DNA of 63,697 nucleotides, counting the filler, from Octopus bimaculoides (Eukaryota): NCBI RefSeq assembly GCF_001194135.2. It is 9 parts of 8 records of this genome, joined end to end, with 100 filler letters (N's around TTAATTAATTAA, not from the genome) between each part and the next. Parts side by side here need not be neighbours in the genome. Positions count along the whole stretch, not along the records: positions 17,495 to 34,313 come from NC_069003.1; positions 34,414 to 43,656 come from NC_068983.1; 7 more parts are not named here. One strand, given 5' to 3'. The notes beneath the pieces were generated by a model. It saw only the letters and a program-made list of their open reading frames with translations, did no database searches and was not told the DNA's origin. Shown here piece after piece: positions 27,171 to 40,100 of this stretch (position 1 is its first letter; every line of letters starts with the position of its first letter). The translations under genes were made by a program, and so were the position numbers.

Positions 27171-27779
27171 ATTAGCTCAGATTTTGTTCACATATTATTT
27201 TTTCAAGCATTGGTCTGCGCCCATCCTGGGGAGTTGCCTTGAAGGGTTTAATCAAACAAGTCGTCCCCAGGACTTTATTTTCATTCAGCCTTATACATAT
27301 TCTATCGGAGANNNNNNNNNNATATATATATATATAATTATATATATATATATATGAAAGACAAATTAAATAGTCAGCAAGTGTGACTAAGGCTGCAGCG
27401 CGCCTACGTTGCTAGAAATAAGAGTTAAAATACAGCCTTAAACCTCCGATTGTGCGATGGGATATCTCATACCCCCGGTGATGTTTGCATATGTGTATCT
27501 TACATTCGCAGCAATGTTAGTGTAATCCATCCATGTAATTTCTTGTCACACTCCACTGAGTTAATGCACTACTCCACTCAGTTACTTGCTGAGTGATGAG
27601 AACTGTACAAAAGTGTTATTTATGTCTGGGCCCGTGCATTCCCCCCCCCCCAATACCATTCTCAGTATTATTTATTGACAGGTATATTTTTGTTTCCTTT
27701 TCTTTATTATTGTTTATTTTATTTATTTTTATATTTGAAAGGTTGATTATTTCTCGCATAAAATTATATATTATTGTCA

Positions 27780-29697
27780 ACTGACCGACATTTTTTTGTT
27801 GTTATTACATGGTTCTGAATGCCATAAAAGTGAGAGAAATCGTCTTTCCGTTCAGATTCACAATGGACTACGAAAGACAAATGGAAAAATTGAAATAGTT
27901 GAAAGAGAATTAGACATAGAAAAATTAGGATCGTTTCTTGAAGAACCAGATGAAGAAAAATCTGAAGGGAAAGAAGAGAGGAAGAAACAAGAGATGAAGA
28001 GAAAGGAACCGAAGCAGATGACATGCTACAAACTTCAGCAGATGATTCTTTAGACGAAATAGATGAATCTAATGATGAAGATGAACAGCAGGCTACCAAG
28101 AACACAGAAAAACAGTTTATAGGCAAAAATAATAAACCTCTCTGGTAAGACGTTCCCCTATGTCTTCCACGGCGTACACGTGCACACATCCTGTACAAGG
28201 ATTCACTAGGACCAAGAGCAGCAGCAAAACATGTGTATGCGGTCTTTGTTTCTCATACAAGAACTTCTAGTCTTTGTTTCTCACACAAGAACTTCTGAAG
28301 GGATTAGTAGTTTGCAATAATATCTACATTGACAGTAAACAAGGAAAATATAAGGATAAGTCAAAATAGAGACATACTAATGAAAGGGAGATGAAAGCTG
28401 CAGTAGGACTGCTTTATCTGTTGGGAGATTTCAGAGCTAACCGAATTAATATGGAAGTTGTTTGGGCAACCGATTGTACGGAAATAGAAATTTTTCCGGT
28501 AATTGTATCTTTGCAGCACTTTCGCTTCCTGCTGGCGTTTATGAGGTTTGATGACATCCACAGCAGGGCGGAAAGGAGGCTAGATGATAAATTTGCACCT
28601 TTTAGAAAGTTCTTTAAGAAATTTGTTGATAATTGTATCTCCAATTATAATGTCTCAGTGTATGCGACAGTAGATGAAATGCTGGCTGCCTTTAGAGGGA
28701 ACATTCTAATCGGGGTCTACATGCCAAGTAAACCAGAAAAAGATATTTGTTTTGGCAGATGCTAAAACTTTTTCTGTGTCACATTTGGAGATCTACTTGG
28801 TGAACCAACCTGAAGACACTTCTATAGTAGACAATTCAGGAGCAGCAGTGGTAAAACGGTTGGTAGCTCATATAAATGGGTGTACAATAAATATTACGAT
28901 GAATAATTGGTTTACAAGTTACGGATTTGCATTTGATCGCTTGAAGAATTATAGATTAACATTAGTTTGGCACACTGAAAAAACAAAACAAGATAGTTTG
29001 TTGCCACTAGAGGCAGAACTGAATACACATGCTTGTTTAGTTTCCAGAAGGATGTTGCTTTGACGTCATATGTTCCAAAGAAAGGTAAAAGTGTTGTCCT
29101 ATTGAGAACAATGCATCATGATGTTGCAATTGATGAAAGTACGAAAGAAAAAAAGAAAATTATTTCAGAGATTATTACCTTCTACAACAGTACTAAAAGT
29201 CGGGTAGACAGTGTAGATCAGTTGTGTTCCATCTACACTGTTTCCAGAAATACTTGACTCTGGCCAGTTACAGTTTTCTACATCTCACTCAAAGTTGCAG
29301 GAATAAATGCATACATTATATTGATGGCAAACTCTCAAACATCTATCAGTTTCTGAGGGAATTGGGACTGAAGTTGGTGCAGGACTATATTCATCATCGC
29401 AAGGCAAACCCATATCTGAGGAAAGACTTGAAAAGGAAAATTCAACATTTCTCAGCATCTAAGGAATTACCTCCAAGACGTCATCATAAAGATTCCATAC
29501 CAAGATGCTCGTTGTACTCCAGGTCAAAAGATCGTAAGGCAAGAAATTGCTGCCAGAAGTGCTTTAAGCCCATCTGCTTGGAACATGCTATGAATATTTG
29601 CATTGACTGCTTTGCTCAGAGTAATGAGGAGGATAGTGAAAACAATAAATATGAAATAAGCACTCTTCCCACCAAAAAACAGTTTAATTTTGTTTGA
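27780..29697 (+). pseudogene. piggyBac transposase pseudogene
   Basis: Acidic N-terminus, VDEMLAAFRG, YMPSKP, TMNNWFTS (catalytic D changed to N), YNSTKSRVDSVDQL, Cys-rich C-terminus (CCQKCFKPICLEH). At least 4 frameshifts or stops. Confidence 0.92.
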
Positions 29698-29991
29698 CAT
29701 TCGTTTGTTTTTGTTACATGTTAAATAAATACATTATATCAAAATATGTTTTTGGTAATATTATTGCTTAAGAATACATATAAAGTAATAAAAAGTACTA
29801 AAAATAGCTAAAACTATGAGTAGGGTTCTCCAAAACCCTCCACACTAATCAAAGAAAAATACAAGACCACAGTATTTTAACTCTTAATTCTAGCAAAGTT
29901 AGTGCGTCAGCAGTCTTAGTCACACTTAGTAACGATAGAATTTTTCGTTTATGCTATCGCATTGCACTTAGTTGCTGATATTACTTACACA

Positions 29992-30162
29992 CACGTGACA
30001 ACTTGCTGGGACTACTTGCTGGAGCTTAGTAGCGGGAAGTTTAAACAGTGTCATGTGACAACTTGCTGGGGCTGCCTACTGGACCCTAGCAGCGGGAAAT
30101 TTAGACAGTGTCACGTGACAACTTGCTGGGCAGCCTGCTGGAGCCTAGCAGCAAGTATAAAA
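29992..30162 (+). repeat. Three imperfect 60-bp tandem repeats followed by TATAAAA
   Basis: Units start at 29992, 30052 and 30112 (CAYGTGACAACTTGCTGGG). TATAAAA at 30156-30162. Confidence 0.85.
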
Positions 30163-30519
30163 CGGGGAATTTGACAAGACAGTTAGTCGGACGCTGACAC
30201 TCGTTGATGCTGCATTGAAGAGGCCAGGGAATAGAAGAAAGAAGACATGCACCCAACACCAGAGCTGAAGACACCTCCGAAAGGGGGGGGCGCCACGTCA
30301 AAACGGTAGAGGAGTAGGGGCCGAAACCGGACGTGGTTCCTCCTGATGATGTCTTGAGCTACGTGGATCCTATAAAGGAGCTGTTGTGGTAGCAGACCAC
30401 GAAACATGGTTGAAATTCCCCACACACAGACACACATACATATTTATTTAAAGAAAATACACATTGTGTACAGGACATCATCAACGAGTGAAAATACGTA
30501 AACACACAAGAGAAATGTA

Positions 30520-30899
30520 TAAATATATATACCTGATGGACTATCCAGTACCGCTGCCGTAGTCTCCTTTAGAGAGACTTAGAAATATTAATCTCTCTAT
30601 TTTTGAGAACCAGTGGATGTATTCCACTGAATTTAGATAAATAATCCTTCGTACAGACGGTCAGTAGTGACGCCTGCTGGGTTCGGCTGCTCTACATTGA
30701 TAAGGGGCAATACCCCGAAACTAGTCTGTAGATGCCAGACCAGCAAGGGGAAGCGGCTGACCTCCCCTGTTCGAAGGTTATAATGGACACAGGTTCGTGT
30801 GTCATATAGCTAGCTAGAGGCGATGGCTTCTTGGAGCTAATCAACGGCAGCATTCGTCCTATTTTTTGGACTGCCATGTTGGCTTGGCGATAACTATTA

Positions 30900-30900
<1 letters not shown>
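30520..30900 (+). mobile_element. Penelope-type terminal repeat with minimal hammerhead motif
   Basis: CTACA-TTGATAA-GGGG-CAATA-CCCC-GAAACTAGTC-TGTAG (30692-30731). Inverted homolog at 89-312. Confidence 0.7.
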
Positions 30901-30930
<30 letters not shown>

Positions 30931-31369
30931 CATACATACATACATATATATATGTGTGTATGTTTGTATGTATGTATGTATGTGTATGTGTATGTTTCAA
31001 GGTTTGAACATAAAGAACACAAGGAGACAAAGTTAGACGAAAGCCGAAAGCGTGATACTAGACGAACGGGAAATTTAGACAAAGACATACATGGAATATT
31101 CACAGCTGAGTTTTCCGCGTCAGTCAATGACCCAAAATATCATAGTGGTATCGTGCCATTACTATTGAGACCATTCGGTTTTGGAGGCACCAGTGCTGTT
31201 ATCAAGCTACTGGAAAAAGTTAGCGAATGTATACTGAGACAGAAACAAAGAAGACATTATATAAATAGAACAGACAAAGAAGTGTGCATATATGACAGCA
31301 CAGAGCCTTACGGCTGGATACAACAGAAAAGATAATTACTATACGTATGTATGTATATGTACATATATA

Positions 31370-31570
31370 TGTGTATGTGAGTGTTTGTGTGTCTGTGTTT
31401 GTCCCCCCAACATCGCTTGACAACCGATGCTAGTGTGTTTACGTCCCCGTAACTTAGCTGTTCGGCAAAAGAGACCGATAGAATAAGTGCTGCGATCGAT
31501 TTGTTCGACTAAAGGCGGTGCTCCAGCATGGCCTCAGTCACATGACTGAAACAAGTAAAAGAGTGAAAGA
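31370..31570 (+). mobile_element. SINE family 2, 3' half
   Basis: gtccccccaacatcgcttgacaaccgatg...ggcggtgctccagcatggcc...aacaagtaaaagag. Confidence 0.8.
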
Positions 31571-32296
31571 GTATATACCACAAATATAACAAAAGAAAAC
31601 TTTGCAGCTACCGAACAAACTTAGTGGGGTTGCGCAAAGAGGAAATGGAGTAAGTCCTAATGGACAATAGCAGGAGCCCAGACCACTATGACCAGTCTGG
31701 TCAAAGGCCAAAGGCAGTGTGAAAAAGAACAACTCCGCCTTCACCGGACACTGGTCACGTAGTAGGGAAGAGGAGGTATTAAGAGAGAGAGAAAGAATGG
31801 AAGACAGAGAGTGAGAGAGAACGCAGGAGCAGAGGGATTGGAGAAACAGAGTGAAAGGGAGAAGAGGACGGTACAAGGGAGGCAAGCAAGGGTGAAAACA
31901 TATAATAAGATATTATAGTGATAACTTGATATTATGATATACCAAATGTGCTATAATATGGCTGACTAAAGCAATTAAAAGCCAACAAGGTAGAATACAT
32001 AATTAAGGGTACAAAATTGGAACTACAATTGCTAGAAATAAGACCTAAAAAATATAACTCGAATAGCCACACAAAATCACCGAGATGTTCAAAGGGACTG
32101 CGAGTGGCAAGCCACAACGTCTTTCTCCTGCGAGATAAGACACGGTGAATAAAATAATTTGATAAGACCCTGTTTTATGATTTCGAAATTTAACGTTTCT
32201 CTTCAGGAGAATTCACAAATTACTCCGAGTTGAAGAGATAGTTTGCTTCCCATTAGCTCATAAGGGGAAAACACACACACACACACACACACACAT

Positions 32297-32329
<33 letters not shown>

Positions 32330-32726
32330 CCTATACGTATATATGTGTATGTGTGTGTACGTGTGTTTATATTGAAATAACAACGCATAGCTCAAGATAT
32401 CTATACACGAGTTTGAATAGTGTGGTTATTTAGTTAACCATGCATAATAAATATCAACGTTATTGAAACGCTTGCAGGGATGTTTTAAGTGGTCCATTCT
32501 TATGTCTGTACTACATGATACGTCGCATAATATGATGGGTCTACAGTATGCGTGGGATCATTATACAACTGCTTAACTTCTCATGGACTCTTATAATGAC
32601 TAATTGAATGAACTGGAATATTTATATACTCTTTTGCAATGAATAAACTGTTATTATATATTGAGGTTCTTCAAAGTCTATTTACTTAGGTGTTTTGATC
32701 ACCATAATTATGTGCGTGTTGTGTGT

Positions 32727-32773
<47 letters not shown>

Positions 32774-34413
32774 TACTAGGTGGTATACTGAGGTGGGGAA
32801 GGATAATCGAAATTAAGAATTCTGTGCTGTTCGTCTCTTCTCTGTACTTTGTCCCTTCCTTTCCTTGCAATCGATAAACCAAACAATGGTCTATAAGTAC
32901 AATGACACACCAGTTGAATAATAATTTCTAACAGAGATGCGCATGACTTCAAATTTGGGAGAAAGAGGGAGAATTAATCCAGACCATCTATCCGAGTTAT
33001 TGACTGATTGTTCTATTTATCGACTGAAGAATAAAAGATAAATTGACCTCGGTGGTATTTGAATTTGGAAAGTGAAGATCTACAATAAACCCAGTAAAAA
33101 GAAACTGTTTTCAATACCAGTAGATGTTAGGGGAGATAAGAGTTGATAGGGGAGATATTAGTGAGTCCAGTACTTGACTGGCACTTTATTTCATTGACTC
33201 CAGACATCTGAGATCAAAGTAAACCTATGCAGAGCATAATGAGACGAAATACCTATCTCGGTGCATTCTTCCAACGCCCCTAATTATTCTTCTAATAAAA
33301 AGTAGTATGATGATTTTCTTTTAATCGTTATTTGTCCTGTGTACAACAAGAACTGAAACTATGATTTGCATATTTATACATAAGTTCCGTCAGATTTAAA
33401 AAGAAATATGTTTGTGGTTGTTTTATACATCACAAGACAAAAACTTCCTTTTACAACGACAATGTGCTCATAACACACTTAGCTCATTGGCGCAAGGGAT
33501 TCTGGGATACTGGTGTTTTTACATGCTGTGTATCGTTAGTCAGACTTACTCGGATCTTTGAACCTAAAAAGCCACTGACTTACCTTATAATTTCAGCGGG
33601 CAAACAGTTTGCTGATCACTGTTTATATCTACCAATCTATAAAAAATAGTCATTATTTGCACTGTGTTCAGCAAGATCTGAAATGAAGTTTTGCCTATTT
33701 ATTCTTAAAGCATTCCAGAAGATTCAACCACAGATACATAAATAACTTCTGTGTTGGTCACAGGAGAATAACATCTCCCGTTTATGACGACATTGTGTGC
33801 ATAAGACCGGTATATGGGCGTTAGTCGATACTATCGACTCAAGTACTTGACTGGTGCTTTATTTTATCGACCGTGCAAGGATGAATAGTAAAGTTAACAT
33901 TGGTGGGATTTATTCTATGTAAAGTATCAGATGTTACATGGACCATGTAACATTGTAGCTCGTAAGTTACCTCATCATTTTGTATTTGTCTTGCTTTTAT
34001 ATGTTGATTCCCTGAAGATGAATATATGAGGAATTCCAGCAGCTCTTACTTCTTTGTAGAAGTGCTCTCATATATTTTCAAAACATGTGTAGGAATTAAA
34101 GGAACTTTTATTTATATGTGTTTTGCTCCATTTATTATTATTATTCATATCTTCTCAAAATGTATCACTTTAACTTGGTATCTCTACCTGTAAAACGGGT
34201 GTGATATCTTGGTTTTTAGTGTAATTTTGCTACCTCTGGTAACTGTTAAGATATTTACATTATCAAAGGTTTTTTTTTTAAACTGAGATAATATTAATAT
34301 ATACATAAACTAANNNNNNNNNNNNNNNNNNNNNNNNNNNNNNNNNNNNNNNNNNNNTTAATTAATTAANNNNNNNNNNNNNNNNNNNNNNNNNNNNNNN
34401 NNNNNNNNNNNNN

Positions 34414-34454
<41 letters not shown>

Positions 34455-36564
34455 GTATATGTATGTATGTATGTTTGTATGTATGTATGTATGTATCACG
34501 CTAATAAAGCTTCGTAACTTCATAATTCATTCTTCCATAATTATTATTACGTCATAATGAGTGATACTTTGCTGAGCGAGAATTAATGACTGTAAAAGTT
34601 ATATTTTTTTCCTATTCAATAGTATCTATGTACAAATCAGATGCAAAGCCTTTTACGACGAAGACGATGCATTTAATGAATATTTAAGCATGTATCGAAA
34701 CAGTATCCTATTCTATTGAATAGCATTGTCTCTACTACAACAGCACTACTTAAGGTAGTTCGACCTCATGTGGTGGAGTCTTATTGTCGTCAATGTTGTC
34801 TTTAGAAGGTTCGGAACGTTTATTTTATCAAGATTTAAAATAATTGAAACATTTATTGTTCTCTTTGTTTATTTTTTCGTTACCGTTGGGGATTAATTAA
34901 TGAATTCGCTGATCGATTAAATATTAAACTAGAAAACATGGTGAACTAATAGATTTAGACTCTTTGTTTTGCTCTCATTGATAAAACGATCACATTAAAA
35001 GAAGATTGTTGGTTTGATTTTAATTACATGTTGATTGTATTAATATATTCAATTATTAATCAATTTAGCTTGCATATTTTTTAGAACAGACGTCTTTGGT
35101 GAATCAGAATATGGTTATCAATAGGAGAACTGGCACCATTTCTATCTTAATTTGAGCTGCGTTCTTCCCTTCTTTCTTTTTCTTTTTTTTTTCTTCTAAG
35201 GAATCAACTAAATTACATAGAAAGAATTTGTCTCGTAATAGACCAACATTAAGGAATTACGTATCGTAGTTTTTTTCTTTTATTACAAGAATGAGATTAA
35301 TTGTTGGTTTATTTAGAATTAGGGGAAAATGAAATATTTCTTGTAAATGTTACATAAATGTAATTGGATATATATAATGTAAAAGTGTATTTATTATTAT
35401 CCGGATAACAGAAGTAATTTGTTGGAAAAGTGAACTTAATAGTAACTGTATTATTAGAATGTATTCTTGAATGATGTTTTGTTAGGTGTACATGTCGTCC
35501 ATCACTCTTACATAGTTAAGACATAACATAGTAGAGGTAATGGAAATTCTTACTGGGATAAGATAAAATAAAACAAAAGTCGTTATTGTAAATATAAAGG
35601 AATATAATTTAAATACTTATTGTTTCTTCCTCTTCCTTTTCCGACTAACACTACAGCCAATAATAATGATAATAATAGGGCTACAGAAAATATTCTGCTT
35701 AATACCACATATTTGCTTGTCAGTTGTTTGACCTTAACCAGTTGAGCATGTCCCTTAGTGGCTGATGATATGTGCATCTCTAATCACGAGCAGAAGTAGT
35801 GGGGGAGCATCATAGCCATGTGTTGAGAGGAGTTATTTGGAGTTTGAATAATTCACCTTTGGAAACATGGGTGTTTTGCTCAACATCCTTAAACAAACCT
35901 TATTCAGGGACCTTTTGAGCGGGATAGGCTACTCGACCTGAAGAAAATTCTAACTAAGCCCCACCTGCGAGGTCATGCGCTGTTTATTTTGATATGANNN
36001 NNNNNNNNNNNNNNNNNNNNNNNNNNNNNNNNNNNNNNNNNNNNNNNNNNNNNNNNNNNNNNNNNNNNNNNNNNNNNNNNNNNNNNNNNNNNNNNNNNNN
36101 NNNNNNNNNNNNNNNNNNNNNNNNNNNNNNNNNNNNNNNNNNNNNNNNNNNNNNNNNNNNNNNNNNNNNNNNNNNNNNNNNNNNNNNNNNNNNNNNNNNN
36201 NNNNNNNNNNNNNNNNNNNNNNNNNNNNNNNNNNNNNNNNNNNNNNNNNNNNNNNNNNNNNNNNNNNNNNNNNNNNNNNNNNNNNNNNNNNNNNNNNNNN
36301 NNNNNNNNNNNNNNNNNNNNNNNNNNNNNNNNNNNNNNNNNNNNNNNNNNNNNNNNNNNNNNNNNNNNNNNNNNNNNNNNNNNNNNNNNNNNNNNNNNNN
36401 NNNNNNNNNNNNNNNNNNNNNNNNNNNNNNNNNNNNNNNNNNNNNNNNNNNNNNNNNNNNNNNNNNNNNNNNNNNNNNNNNNNNNNNNNNNNNNNNNNNN
36501 NNNNNNNNNNNNNNNNNNNNNNNNNNNNNNNNNNNNNNNNNNNNNNNNNNNNNNNNNNNNNNTG

Positions 36565-36740
36565 ATTAAGTCGATTACATCGACCCCAATGCGTAACTGG
36601 TACTTATTTAATCGACCCCGAAAGGATGAAAGGCAAAGTCGACCTCGGCGAAATTTGAACTCAGAACGTAACGGCAGACGATATACCGCGAAGCATTTCG
36701 CCCGGCTTGCCAACATTTCTGACAGCTCACCGCCTTTAAT
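36565..36740 (-). mobile_element. SINE family 1
   Basis: gtcgattacatcgacccc...aaaggcaaagtcgacctcggcg..tttgaactcagaacg...ctcaccgcctt. Confidence 0.85.
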
Positions 36741-36779
36741 GATGAGGATGATGATGATGATGATGATAACAATAATAAC

Positions 36780-36838
<59 letters not shown>

Positions 36839-37129
36839 CAACAACAATAATATATATATATTTTTTTAATTTCTAGCTACGCGGGCTCGAAAAGATACGG
36901 AAAATAGGAAGAAACGTTAAAGAAGAAACTTGTAACACCGTGTGGAGTGGGACGGATAAGTTATTTAAGAACTTAATCAATAGGTATAATCGGATGAATT
37001 AAAATCTATGAAACACAAATATTTAGACAGGACAAATTTAAATAAATATACGTAATATATGATAATGAAAGCGAGATATTTATATAAAAATTAAAATTTC
37101 ATTGATATCGATGAGGGTAGCCACGTTCT

Positions 37130-40100
37130 TGATTACGCTTCCTTCTACTTTTTATTTGTACTGTCCAAAGATGGAGCTTTCAAAATTTTCCAAAGGCTTG
37201 GGATTATAACGAGCAAGTGAAAACCCACGTCCTCTGCATCGTTAAAATATTACACTACGTAAAGTTTATTCGGTATTTATACTAGTATTCTGCTTTCTTT
37301 TTATTCTGTTGAAAGTGCAAACCCTTATTCTTCTCGATTCGTACTTCTTTTGCAGATTCCTGAGATTTGTTTTTCCAGTGAATGGTTGTGAATTGCATTT
37401 CCTTCTGAGAACAGAATGATTTCTCGCTAATGGATATTTATTTCTCTTTCATAACGATGTGAATTATTTGCCACTGAAATATATTCCTTCTTCACAGATG
37501 TTTTGCTCCAGCTTGCATTTTTATAGCGTTTTAAATGACTTTTTCTGGCGAAATTTACTTATCCCTTTCAGCCATTATAGGGTCCCCATTCCATCATAAG
37601 ATGGTGAGGTTCTGCTACGAGTGGGTACAAAATGGTAGTTATTGTTGTTGGTGTCGTTTCTTAACCGGTTCTAGTTGCGAAAGAGACTTTAGGGTCTCAT
37701 GTTATGATCTTGGTGATAAGGAAGAGAGAGTTTTCTTTGCCAACTCACGAATAGAGTAGACAATGTCCACGATGTCTTCTTTTTGTTGGTGGTTTTGTGA
37801 AGAAAGCCTTTAAACGGATTTTTCTTACATCCATGTAGCAAGTCGTCTGCCTTGGATACTGAGTTTTAATTTTTTCTAAGCGCCACTATAGGACTCATTA
37901 CTGGTATTGTTTTGTAATCTTACAGGGTCATGAGAACTTTATGTCTACGGTATTCCCATACAACCACATATCACCAACTGTTACATCAACACTGATCACG
38001 TACACATATTGCGGCTGGAGAAGGTGACTACTATGTCGACCTCTCACTACCACTATTCAGGAGTAGACTTCATCACGCGGTCTGACGGTGACCCTTACAA
38101 TTTTTTTCCCTAAATACTACTGGTCCAGTTTATGCGTTGTTACGAACTAGAAAATTTGGGCTGGTGCTCTCGAGCCGGTCCCTTGTTTTAAAGATGAGCC
38201 TGTAGTCTATTTCAAAGATGATACACATGCCCCTTTAAAGAGGCATGTGTCCTACCTCTTACAATGAAAGATATAACACTTAAAATACACGAAAGGACTG
38301 TTCCCAACTATTGCTTGAATAGAGGGAGGAAAATGTAATATTCAGAGGACAAAGGAATTTTCCCATCTTAAAAAAATATTGAGTGGTGAATAGATAGATA
38401 TATGGAGTTCTCTCATTCAACTTAGGCGGAGAGTTCTTACCCGCTAGTGGATGGATTATTTGTATCAAATTATATATTGTTTAATTTTTAAAAAAATTTC
38501 ATCTTGGTGACATGACCAGGTTCAAGGCGATGGCTGAGAGCTTAGTCACTCTATCAATGCAAGAGAACGCTATCGCGCACTGAAAAGATCAGTTGGATTT
38601 TCCAAATGGGGAGAGAGATTGCTTCTACAAGCAGACGACCAGGTTCAAGGCGATGGCTGAGAGCTTAGCCACTCTATCAATGCAAGAGAACGGTATCACG
38701 CACTGAAGAGATCAGTTGGATTTTCCAAATGGGGAGAGAGATTGCTTCTACAAGCAGACACAATGGCGAGCTTCTTCTGCACTGTTTCGGACTGGCAGCT
38801 GAAGTTTCCGCAGCACATGGTACCAACATTGCTCCAATCAGACATGGTCATCACCGCTGAAGCAACAAATTAATTGTGTATACTGCAAGTTACAATACTC
38901 TAATGTGAAGAAATTTCAAGGAAGTGCTAGAACAGTTGTCAACTGCATGTTGGGACATGAGAGGTTCTATTTTGTAACTTGACATCTTGCACCACCTTAC
39001 TAACAAATAACTAGTTGATTGTTCAGGAGGACCTGGGCAAAATCCTTTTCTGCTTTACTTGAATTATATTGTAATTTAGCAAATGTTTATTCATCTAATT
39101 GGAAATTACTTTGGAGAACTGTTTGTAGATTACTGGCAGACAAATGCTGGGACGATATTAAGAAAGTTCCTTTATTCATGCATCTTGCAGACGTCGTTAT
39201 CCTATAGGTAAGGAGCCATCTAGGCATCTGGTCTGGATTGTTTAAAAGTGTTAAAGGATCATTTACTTAGAAGTAAAGTATACCAAACGACAACCATAAA
39301 AAATTATGGATATTGTTAACATTCATAGTATTAGGATGTTGTTAATATCCAGTCGTTCGCAGTTCTGAAATTGTTTAAAGTAAGATTAAAATCCGATGCT
39401 GTAACGGTTTGGAGAGAAGACTTCTTATTTTCTATTGTTGAAACATTGTTACTTTGAACTCCATTAGTCAATTTTAGCCTCATATGATAAGTTGTGTTGC
39501 CGATGCTGCAAAAACCTTTGCGATTTGCAATAGGTGAATCCAAGACAAACTTTGCTTGGTATGATACTTTGTATAATAGCCTAGTAACAAATCTGGCTTC
39601 ACTAAGGTTTTAATAAAAGTAGGTCGACTATCATTATTTGGCAGCTGTCATAACTAACCAACTCCTGGAAGAGGTTGGAGGTATTTTGTATTACGGTGTC
39701 TAATATTTGAGCGGTGTAGATGATTATATCAGGCGCTTCATCTCCTTGCTTCTGCACATTTAGATTTCGAGAGACACTGCTGCGGAATACAAATATGTTG
39801 AAGGGCATTTACTAGTACTGAGCACATAAATATTCTGTCTAAATAGAGAGTCATTGTTACGCTTATGCTCTAGAAAATCTGAAACCAAAGTGATTAGCAG
39901 TAGTTAGCACGACACTAACAGAAATCAAATTGTTAATGGGAGCAATCTTTAATATGAACAAGACTTGGAGGCCTTTAACTCGTTTGTTAGAGACGCTAGT
40001 TCATACAGGTCAGTATCATTTGTTGAGCCGAGTGTCCGTTGAAGTTTCTTGCAGTATGCTTTTATCCAAATGTTCAAGTGATATGAAATAGGAAGAGACT

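Noticed and set aside
28391-29697. Domesticated PGBD-like host gene
   Set aside because: Multiple frameshifts and stops, and a mutated catalytic aspartate.
29992-30162. CRISPR-like reading of the 60-bp repeats (and of the 15-bp array at 43757)
   Set aside because: Units are contiguous tandem copies with no unique spacers, there are no cas genes, and the context is eukaryotic.
30952-32200. 127-aa ORF and neighbouring short ORFs
   Set aside because: The ORF starts in a microsatellite, and there are only faint LINE/Penelope-like traces with no assignable motif.
39026-39207. Plus-strand exon ending at TAG|GTAAGG
   Set aside because: Every frame from the nearest good acceptor contains a stop. 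Treated as part of the decayed island.
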